In this document: positions 9,104 to 16,254 of the stretch, piece after piece
Position numbering within the stretch: position 1 is the first letter of the stretch
How the letters are laid out: each line of letters starts with the position of its first letter
Assembly (NCBI GenBank): GCA_947085985.1
Contig: CAMTYL010000003.1
Coordinates: 15,826-79,825 of the forward strand
Origin: an uncultured bacterium
Lineage (GTDB): Bacteria; Patescibacteriota; Minisyncoccia; Phycocordibacterales; Phycocordibacteraceae
Reading direction: 5' to 3'
Length of the DNA stretch: 64,000 bases
The notes under the pieces: generated by a model
Databases searched by the model: none
What the model saw: the letters and a program-made list of their open reading frames with translations, nothing else
What the model was told of the DNA's origin: nothing
Position numbers and translations under genes: made by a program

Positions 9104-9349
9104 ATGGGCTGTGGTTGTAGCTCTTTGCACTACGACAAAGCGCGCCAGCGCGCACCTGCTTTGCTTCAGGCCGGATTTACGGCCTGCGTGAAGAATGGTG
9201 ATGCGTGTACCTGTTCGAGCACTCTTGTTGAGCTGCCCGAACCGAAGTACGGCATTTCTGTCGGAATAAAATGCAGCCGTCGCGGGCCGGACCCCGTGAT
9301 CGCTGCCGAAGTGCGCTCCTGTAAGCGCTTCAAGGCCCACTCTCCCTGA
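9104..9349 (+). CDS. hypothetical Cys-rich small protein, 81 aa with 9 Cys
   Basis: GGGAGG lies 6 nt upstream. A strong terminator follows directly. GC-richer than neighbours. N-terminus MGCGCSS. Confidence 0.4.
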   Translation: MGCGCSSLHYDKARQRAPALLQAGFTACVKNGDACTCSSTLVELPEPKYGISVGIKCSRRGPDPVIAAEVRSCKRFKAHSP

Positions 9350-9364
9350 AGAGTGACGCCCAAA

Positions 9365-9406
9365 CGCCCGGATCTTCAGAACGAAGACCCGGGCGGTTGC
9401 TTTTTA
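9365..9406 (+). terminator. rho-independent terminator: cgcccggatcttc-agaac-gaagacccgggcg followed by ttgcttttta
   Basis: 13-bp stem with one mismatch, then a T-run. Confidence 0.6.
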
Positions 9407-9433
9407 TAGCCCAAATGGTAAGGTAGGCTCTAT

Positions 9434-9793
9434 ATGTCAGTACGAATGCGCCACACCAGTTCCCATACTAAAAACCGCCGAAGCCACCACGCTCTCGTGG
9501 AGGGGGCTATCGTAAAGGATAAGGAGTCAGGCGCACTACGCCTCCCACACCGTATTGATGAGACCACCGGTATGTATCGTGGCAAGCAAATTGTACCTAA
9601 GAAGGAAGTAAAGGCAGAGAGCAAGAAGCGCCAGGCACGCATTGAAGCTCACGAGCACGAGGACAAGACTATCGGTACCAAGGATCCAATTCACGTGGAA
9701 GACGTGACGGAGAAGAAGGCAGGCAAGGGTCTTGCAGGACGCATGCAGCTGGGCAAGGCAAAGAGTCGCTCAGGTTTCGGTGGCGGTGCTTAG
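9434..9793 (+). CDS. rpmF: ribosomal protein bL32 with a ~60-aa Lys/Glu-rich C-terminal extension
   Basis: N-terminus [21 protein letters not shown] matches the bL32 RRSHxAL core. TGGTAAGGT lies 9 nt upstream of the ATG. Confidence 0.7.
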   Translation: MSVRMRHTSSHTKNRRSHHALVEGAIVKDKESGALRLPHRIDETTGMYRGKQIVPKKEVKAESKKRQARIEAHEHEDKTIGTKDPIHVEDVTEKKAGKGLAGRMQLGKAKSRSGFGGGA

Positions 9794-9934
9794 GTTTTCC
9801 TAAAATCACAGCATCTGCGTTGTTAAGGAGCCTCCACGGCTCCTTCTTCGTACTATAAGTACGATTCAGTCGCCGTTTCCTCCTTGCCTAGCATCTGCTG
9901 CAATTTTCCAAAAACCTCTGCTCTCTAGTGAGGA

Positions 9935-10036
9935 GTGGCGTACGCGAATTTTTAGGCTTTGCGCAGAACGTCGGTTCGAGCAAGAAGAAAATTTTCAGCA
10001 GAAAATTATTCTGTACTAAAAATTCGCGTACGCCAC
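9935..10036. repeat. 20-bp perfect inverted repeat (gtggcgtacgcgaattttta ... taaaaattcgcgtacgccac) flanking a 62-nt spacer that contains its own short IR. A third gtggcgta copy sits at the nusB promoter (10089)
   Basis: Direct reading. It lies in the 327-bp rpmF-nusB intergenic region. Confidence 0.5.
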
Positions 10037-10120
10037 AACGAACGACCCTTTATACACAGTGAAAAGTACTAGCACCTTTATGCGTGCGTGGCGTATACTT
10101 CCAAGTAAGCTCTTTCATAT

Positions 10121-11020
10121 ATGGCAAATCGGCACCTAGCCCGCTCCGTAGTTCTACAAACTCTTTTTGAGTGGGACACTACGCACGCAACAGACGACGC
10201 AACAACAGAAATGTTGAAGCGTAACGTTGAAGAATTTGGCGGCGGCGACACCGACATTCCATTTATGGAACAACTCCTCCAGGGTGTGCTCGCAAAGCGA
10301 CCCGACCTAGATTTAGTAATTGAAAAGGCAGCGCCGGATTGGCCACTTGATCGCATTGCACCCGTAGACCGAAACATTTTGCGCATTGGCTTGTACGAGC
10401 TTTTGTTTGCCGACCGCACACAGGTGCCGGCAAAAGTTGCTATCAACGAAGCAATTGAACTGGCCAAGGTATTTGGCGGAGACTCTTCCGGACGATTTAT
10501 AAACGGCGTACTTGGCGCCGTGTACAAGGAGCTTGGTGAGCCAGGTAAGGACGAAGTAGGGAAGAAGGAACGCGTACGTCGCGAAGACTTGCCGCTTGAA
10601 CAGCTTGGCGGAGCCATTGTCTATGCTGAGCACCATGGTCAGTACTACCTTGCACTCGTGCACGACGTGTTTGGACACTGGACGCTTTCCAAAGGAAAAA
10701 TTCCTGAGGGCATGAGTGTAGAGGACGGTACCGTGGAGGGGATTAAAGACGAGCTTGGCCTTCCGGTAAAAATTAAAGACAAGATTGGAGAGAACGAATA
10801 CATCGCGTCGCACCCAGAGAAGGGAAAGACCCGAAAGCACGTCACCTACTTCCTTGCGGAGTCTCCGTACGAGGAAATTACGCTTGAAAAGAAGGGTGGG
10901 TTAGACGATGCGCGCTGGTTCCGTTTGACCGACATCTTGGACCTAAACTTCTACGACGACATGCTGCCGATTGTGACCGCGGCCGTACAGAAGCTGCTTG
11001 ATAAGTCGTCACGCCGCTAG
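10121..11020 (+). CDS. nusB: NusB antitermination factor fused to a C-terminal Nudix-like domain
   Basis: NusB fold in aa 1-140 (RHLARSVVLQTLFEWD...). aa 170-290 carry a degenerate Nudix box GKIPEGMSVEDGTVEGIKDELGL. Confidence 0.8.
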   Translation: MANRHLARSVVLQTLFEWDTTHATDDATTEMLKRNVEEFGGGDTDIPFMEQLLQGVLAKRPDLDLVIEKAAPDWPLDRIAPVDRNILRIGLYELLFADRTQVPAKVAINEAIELAKVFGGDSSGRFINGVLGAVYKELGEPGKDEVGKKERVRREDLPLEQLGGAIVYAEHHGQYYLALVHDVFGHWTLSKGKIPEGMSVEDGTVEGIKDELGLPVKIKDKIGENEYIASHPEKGKTRKHVTYFLAESPYEEITLEKKGGLDDARWFRLTDILDLNFYDDMLPIVTAAVQKLLDKSSRR

Positions 11021-11063
11021 AGAGAAGCCGTCCGAAGGGACGGTTTCCTATTTCACAAGAATC

Positions 11064-11078
11064 TGGTATAATATACAT
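11064..11078 (+). promoter_or_regulatory. extended -10 element TGGTATAAT ending 6 nt before the rnc ATG, implying a leaderless promoter
   Basis: TGnTATAAT consensus. No SD and no room for a leader. Confidence 0.45.
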
Positions 11079-11768
11079 ATGACGCAGGTAGGAGAACACG
11101 CGGCCAAGCTTGGCCTTTCGTTTACTAACGCAGCGCTTCTTGAAGAAGCGCTGACGCACCGTTCCTACCTAAACGAGAACAAGACCGCAGGCAATCACAA
11201 TGAGCGCCTAGAATTCCTCGGAGACGCGGTGCTTGAACTTGCTACCACCAACTTCCTTTTTCATAAGTTTCCGAGCAAGCCCGAGGGCGACCTTACGGCA
11301 TTCCGTGCAGCACTGGTGAACACCTATTCACTTGCTGACACCGCAGAGGAGCTTGGCATGAACAACATGCTCCTTCTGTCTAAGGGAGAAGCAAAGGACA
11401 CGGGCCGCGCGCGCCAGATTATCCTTGCAAACGCATTTGAAGCACTCCTTGGTGCGCTCTACCTAGACCAGGGCTTTGATACGGTTGAAGCATTCCTTGC
11501 AAAGAATCTCTATCCAAAGATTGACGACATCATCGCAAAGCGCGCCTACCAGGACGCAAAAAGTAATTTCCAAGAGCTTGCACAGGAGAAGCGCAGCGTC
11601 ACTCCTACCTACAAGACGCTTGCAGAAACAGGGCCCGACCACGATCGCGTGTTTACGGTGGGAGTATTTTTGAATACCGAGGAAATTGCGCGTGGAGACG
11701 GCAAAAGCAAGCAAGAGGCTGAACAGGCCGCAGCACAGGCAGCTATAGACAAAACGAGCTGGAAGTAA
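11079..11768 (+). CDS. rnc: ribonuclease III
   Basis: ERLEFLGDAVLEL signature and a C-terminal dsRBD. Start placed at the ATG at 11079 rather than the overlapping upstream ORF start. Confidence 0.9.
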   Translation: MTQVGEHAAKLGLSFTNAALLEEALTHRSYLNENKTAGNHNERLEFLGDAVLELATTNFLFHKFPSKPEGDLTAFRAALVNTYSLADTAEELGMNNMLLLSKGEAKDTGRARQIILANAFEALLGALYLDQGFDTVEAFLAKNLYPKIDDIIAKRAYQDAKSNFQELAQEKRSVTPTYKTLAETGPDHDRVFTVGVFLNTEEIARGDGKSKQEAEQAAAQAAIDKTSWK

Positions 11769-11824
11769 GTATAGTCGGTCCAGAAGTGGCCTTAAACGTG
11801 AGGCCACTAGGGAGGGCGAAAGCC

Positions 11825-12121
11825 ATGGCAACACGTATGCTCAACTTGTATCCCAGGGGATGGGGCTGGCTTGGGGTGCTCACCATTATCGCGTTCATCA
11901 TGACGCTTGGCGCAGCCAGCTTCTGGGTGTTCAGCGGGGCAGACATGCTCTTCTGGATTGCCGTCTCGCCGACTGTGCTTCTGGTGCTGGCCTCTGCCGG
12001 CGTCGTCATGGCTGCGCGCGGGCAGTACGAGGCGTCGGGGTTCTTTTCGGTGCTAGGCCTGCTCGCATTTATCGTAGAGTGCGTGCTCTGGTCGCCCTAT
12101 TGGCCCCTCGCTTTCGGGTGA
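11825..12121 (+). CDS. small multi-TM membrane protein (98 aa), GC-rich
   Basis: GGGAGGG lies 8 nt upstream of the ATG at 11825. Three hydrophobic helices. Markedly higher GC than flanking genes. Confidence 0.5.
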   Translation: MATRMLNLYPRGWGWLGVLTIIAFIMTLGAASFWVFSGADMLFWIAVSPTVLLVLASAGVVMAARGQYEASGFFSVLGLLAFIVECVLWSPYWPLAFG

Positions 12122-12191
12122 GCGGCAGCCCTCAACCAATGGCCACCTCCTTCAATGGGGGTGGCCGTTCTCGTGCGGTATACTACAAGCA

Positions 12192-14399
12192 ATGTTGAAG
12201 CGGTTAGAAATCGCGGGATTCAAATCATTTGCCAAGAAGACCACGCTGGATTTCTCTAGCGCGGCTACCGCTATTGTGGGCCCTAATGGTTCGGGCAAAT
12301 CAAACGTCGCTGAAGCATTCCGCTTCGCGCTTGGTGAGCAGTCCATGAAGAGTATGCGCGGCAAGCGTAGCGAAGACCTTATCTGGAGCGGTTCGCATCA
12401 GACTGCGCGCTCCAACCGCGCGTCGGTGACTATCGTATTTGATAACACCAAGAAAATTTTTCCTAGAATGGAGTACGACGAAGTCTCCATCGAGCGTGCG
12501 GTATTCCGTGATGGCTCAAGCGAGTATTCTATCAACGGTTCCCGTGTGCGCCTGCGCGACGTGCAGGAGCTTTTGTCTGCCGCAAACATTGGCGAGACAG
12601 GGCACCATATTATTTCTCAAGGAGAGGCAGACCGCATTCTCTCTAGCGCGCCGCGTGAGCGCCGCGCCATGCTTGAGGACGCGCTTGGCCTAAAGATTTT
12701 TGAATTCAAGAAGCAGGAAGCGGAACGCAAGCTTGAGAAGACCGAGGACAATATGCGCGAAGTAGAGGCGCTGCGCCGAGAGATTGCGCCGCACATTCGT
12801 TTCTTGCAGAAGCAGGTAGAGAAGCTGGAACGGGCAGAAGAACTTGCAAGCGAGCTGCGCACTTTGAGCCAGACGTATCTTGCTATAGAGGACGCGTACA
12901 TATCGCAGGAAAAAGATAAAGCAGAGATGCATTTGGTACAGGTTCGTGAACAGCTTGCGGTGATGGTTGCCGAGCTACATTCGTTTGAAGAGCGTGCTAC
13001 CACCGACATAGAAGGTACACGTCGCAGCGAAAGCGTGCGTGCGCACGAGCGCGAGCTTGAAAAGCTATTGGGTGAGCGTGCACAGCTCTCGCGCGACGTT
13101 GGTCGCATTGAGGGCGCGCTAGAATCTGCCAAGCGTCGCAGCGTAAGTGTGATGCAAGACCCGTATGCAAAGGTGCCGCGCGAGGATCTGGCAGCACTGA
13201 AGGAAGAGGCTGAGCGAGTAGTAGACGAGAATGATGCGCAGGCACTCTCTGCGGTCCTTCGCAGTCTGCGCAACGCCATCACGGCGTTCTTTGAACGCTA
13301 CGCAATTCCGGCGGACGATTATCTAGCAGAGGAAGAGCAGACGGTCATGCGGCTTGAGGCAGAGCGCGCGCAAATCGCGCAGAAGGAAACAGATTTAAGT
13401 GATCGTGTAGAGCACGCAAAGAGCACGCTCATGAAGGCGCGCGAGGCAACCATGGCGTACCAGGAAACGGGTCGCGAGCAGAATCGTCACTTGCTTGACC
13501 TTGCTGATAAGAAAGCAAAGCTTGAGACCGAAGTGGTGCGTGTTGAGTCTCGCCTCGGAGAATTGGAGAGTTTGCGCGAAGAGTATGAGCGTGACCGTCG
13601 CGAGATTGTAGCGCTTGCTGGTGCAGCCGCTCTTTCTTTTGAGAAGCTGGAGCGACTTCCTGACGAGGACCGCAGAGCACAAGAAGACCGTAAGCGTAGC
13701 CTTGAACGCCTTAAGATTCGCGTGGAGGAAGCGGGTGGCTCGGGTGAGGATGTGCGTCACGAATACAAGGAAGCAAAGGAACGCGAGGAATTCCTAGCTC
13801 GCGAGATTGAAGACCTTACCAAGTCATCCCTTGGCTTGCGCGAGCTTATTGCAGACCTTGATACAGAGCTCACCAAAACCTTTGCAGAAGGTCTTGCGAA
13901 GGTGAACGAGTCGTTCAGCGAATTCTTTGGACTTATGTTCGGAGGTGGAAGCGCAAAGCTCGTGCTTGAGGAGTTGCCAGAACCAGGTAGTGAAGAGGAA
14001 GACGAATACGAGGTAGAAGAGCCATCGCGTAAGAGAAACATGAAGCCAGGTATTGAAATCTCGGTGCACCTACCAAAGAAGCGTTTGCAATCGCTCATGC
14101 AGCTCTCTGGTGGTGAGCGCGCACTCACGAGTATCGCGCTTATCTTTGCTATGAGCCAGGTCAACCCGCCACCGTTCCTTATTTTGGACGAGACTGATGC
14201 AGCGCTCGACGAGGCAAATAGTCGTCGCTACGGAGACATGATTGAGAGTCTCTCAAAGAAGTCTCAGCTTATCGTGATTACGCACAACCGCGAGACCATG
14301 AGCCGCGCCGGCATCCTCTACGGGGTCACCATGGGCGGAGATGGCATTTCTAAGCTCCTTTCCGTGCGGTTTGAGGAGGCGGTGCAGGTAGCTAAGTAA
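12192..14399 (+). CDS. SMC-family ATPase, short 735-aa form with no evident hinge domain
   Basis: N-terminal Walker A GPNGSGKSN, C-terminal signature LSGGERALTSIALIFAM plus Walker B LILDETDAALD, and a long central coiled coil. Confidence 0.85.
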   Translation: MLKRLEIAGFKSFAKKTTLDFSSAATAIVGPNGSGKSNVAEAFRFALGEQSMKSMRGKRSEDLIWSGSHQTARSNRASVTIVFDNTKKIFPRMEYDEVSIERAVFRDGSSEYSINGSRVRLRDVQELLSAANIGETGHHIISQGEADRILSSAPRERRAMLEDALGLKIFEFKKQEAERKLEKTEDNMREVEALRREIAPHIRFLQKQVEKLERAEELASELRTLSQTYLAIEDAYISQEKDKAEMHLVQVREQLAVMVAELHSFEERATTDIEGTRRSESVRAHERELEKLLGERAQLSRDVGRIEGALESAKRRSVSVMQDPYAKVPREDLAALKEEAERVVDENDAQALSAVLRSLRNAITAFFERYAIPADDYLAEEEQTVMRLEAERAQIAQKETDLSDRVEHAKSTLMKAREATMAYQETGREQNRHLLDLADKKAKLETEVVRVESRLGELESLREEYERDRREIVALAGAAALSFEKLERLPDEDRRAQEDRKRSLERLKIRVEEAGGSGEDVRHEYKEAKEREEFLAREIEDLTKSSLGLRELIADLDTELTKTFAEGLAKVNESFSEFFGLMFGGGSAKLVLEELPEPGSEEEDEYEVEEPSRKRNMKPGIEISVHLPKKRLQSLMQLSGGERALTSIALIFAMSQVNPPPFLILDETDAALDEANSRRYGDMIESLSKKSQLIVITHNRETMSRAGILYGVTMGGDGISKLLSVRFEEAVQVAK

Positions 14400-14437
14400 T
14401 GAATTCATCGGAACGTAGTGAGCCGTTTGGTGAGGAC

Positions 14438-14534
14438 ACATAAGAAGTGCGTGTCGCTTCGCTTTGCGCACTTCTAAATTTAACCCGTAAGAAATTTAGA
14501 GAAATACAGAGCGAAGCGACTTATTTCTCTTATG
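14438..14534 (+). promoter_or_regulatory. structured intergenic element with interleaved stems (A 14443-51/14467-75, B 14453-63/14510-20, C 14473-81/14492-500), possibly a pseudoknot or alternative conformations, upstream of gdhA
   Basis: Perfect 9-, 11- and 9-bp complementary pairs arranged A-B-A'-C-C'-B'. No ORF with coding character in the 239-bp gap. Confidence 0.3.
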
Positions 14535-14638
14535 TTTCTTAACTAGAGGGTTGAGATTCAAATTGCGAACGAAGCTTTTATCCCCAACTTTTGATATGAA
14601 GGGAGGTAAGCTGTATCAATATCACTAATTAGTCACCT

Positions 14639-15859
14639 ATGGCCGCATTTCAATACTTTAAGGAGAACGTAGACAAGGCAGCAGATTTGCTCGGACTCTC
14701 GCAAGAAGATCGGGCAAAGCTCGAGACGCCCGACCGTGTACTTCGTGCAGAGCTTTCAATTACGCTTGATAGCGGAGAGACTGCTACCTACCCCGCATAC
14801 CGAGTGCAGTTCAATAATGCGCGCGGACCATACAAGGGTGGTATCCGTTTCCATCCAGACGCTGACGAGGACGAAGTGTCTGCACTTGCGGCCATGATGG
14901 CTATTAAGTGTGCCGTGGTAGATATTCCGTTTGGTGGAGCGAAGGGTGGTGTTGCGGTAGATCCAAAGCAACTCTCAGAGGCAGAGATTGAACGCTTGTC
15001 CCGTGCGTACGTGCGCGCCTTTGGTGAGCACCTGGGGCCAGACGTAGATGTGCCAGCGCCAGACGTGTACACAACCCCGGCCATCATGGCGATTATGCGG
15101 GACGAGTACGAGCAAATGGTGGGGCACGCGGCGCCCGCATTCATCACCGGAAAGCCACTAGAGAATGGGGGAAGTCTTGGGCGAGACACCGCAACCGCTG
15201 ATGGCGCCATTATGGTGCTTGATGCGCTTCTGGCCGACCAACATCGTGATATGGGTGAGCTCACCGCTGCCGTGCAGGGGGCGGGGAATGCGGGCGCGCA
15301 GGCAGCACGCCTGCTTGAGCGCGGTGGTGCACGTGTAATCGCGATAAGTGACAGTAAGGGCACCCTCGCAAACAAGGGCGGTCTTTCTGTGGATGCGGTG
15401 CTTTCTATTAAAGAAGACAAGGGTTCAGTGCATGACGCCGCGGCGCTTGGTGACGCGCTGCCTGCAGAATTTATTGTGAGTGCTCCCGTAGATGTGCTGG
15501 TGCCGGCTGCACTTGAAGAGCAGATCCGTGCAGACAATGCAGAGAGCGTGCAGGCGGGAATCATTCTAGAAATTGCCAACGGTCCCGTGACGCCAGAGGC
15601 GGATGCAATCTTGTCGCTCCGTGGTGCTGCAATTGTGCCCGATGTTCTCGCAAACGCAGGTGGAGTGACGGTGTCGTACTTTGAGTGGCTACAGAACAAG
15701 GCGGGTGAGTCGTGGGGTAAGGAAGAGATTCATGAGCGTCTTGAGAAAGTGATGCACGACGCATACCGTGATGTGGCTGACTTTGCGCTCATGCGTGGCG
15801 TCACGCTGCGCGAGGCTGCGTACGCGCTCGCCATCTCTCGCATCCTGGAAGCGCGATAG
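14639..15859 (+). CDS. gdhA: glutamate dehydrogenase (NAD(P)+)
   Basis: KGGIRFHP, GGAKGG and a Rossmann GAGNAG motif, 406 aa. Confidence 0.9.
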   Translation: MAAFQYFKENVDKAADLLGLSQEDRAKLETPDRVLRAELSITLDSGETATYPAYRVQFNNARGPYKGGIRFHPDADEDEVSALAAMMAIKCAVVDIPFGGAKGGVAVDPKQLSEAEIERLSRAYVRAFGEHLGPDVDVPAPDVYTTPAIMAIMRDEYEQMVGHAAPAFITGKPLENGGSLGRDTATADGAIMVLDALLADQHRDMGELTAAVQGAGNAGAQAARLLERGGARVIAISDSKGTLANKGGLSVDAVLSIKEDKGSVHDAAALGDALPAEFIVSAPVDVLVPAALEEQIRADNAESVQAGIILEIANGPVTPEADAILSLRGAAIVPDVLANAGGVTVSYFEWLQNKAGESWGKEEIHERLEKVMHDAYRDVADFALMRGVTLREAAYALAISRILEAR

Positions 15860-15868
15860 TATAGACCT

Positions 15869-16222
15869 ATGAAAACGTATACAGGAGGGTGCCATTGTGG
15901 GAAGGTTCGCTATCAGGCCGAGCTAGATTTGTTTGCACCGGTGCTTGAGTGCAATTGCTCGCACTGCCAGGCAAAGGGTATGTTGCTTTCGTTTGTGGAC
16001 GCATCAAAGTTCACCCTTGAGTCAGGCGAAGAATTTCTTACGGAATACCGATTTAACACCGAGAAGATTGCGCACTTGTTCTGTAAGGTCTGTGGTATCC
16101 AGGCATTTGGTCGTGGCGAGAAGAAGGACGGCAGTCCAACGGTTGCGGTGAATGTGCGCTCGGTGGACGAAGTTGATGTCCCAACACTGAAGCGCCTTCC
16201 CATCGACGGTCGCAGTTTCTAA
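15869..16222 (+). CDS. GFA/CENP-V family protein (glutathione-dependent formaldehyde-activating-like)
   Basis: The CHCGKV...CNCSHC...CKVCG Cys pattern of the GFA fold. Confidence 0.75.
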   Translation: MKTYTGGCHCGKVRYQAELDLFAPVLECNCSHCQAKGMLLSFVDASKFTLESGEEFLTEYRFNTEKIAHLFCKVCGIQAFGRGEKKDGSPTVAVNVRSVDEVDVPTLKRLPIDGRSF

Positions 16223-16223
16223 C

Positions 16224-16253
16224 AAAAAGCCCCGGCACATGCCGGGGCTTTTT
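16224..16253. terminator. bidirectional terminator: aaaaagccccggc-acat-gccggggcttttt
   Basis: 13-bp perfect stem flanked by an A-run and a T-run, between convergent GFA and rnr genes. Confidence 0.75.
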
Positions 16254-16254
16254 G

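Noticed and set aside
9961-9985. tRNA-like T-loop motif cggttcgagc
   Set aside because: No acceptor or anticodon stems can be formed around it. It lies in the spacer of the 20-bp inverted repeat.
12617-13282. 221-aa minus-strand ORF inside the SMC-like gene
   Set aside because: Antisense to the coiled-coil region. Ser/Arg-rich with no domain signal.
14788-15699. 303-aa minus-strand ORF inside gdhA
   Set aside because: Antisense to a well-supported GDH gene. Ala/Ser/Pro/Arg-rich low-complexity translation typical of GC-rich antisense frames.
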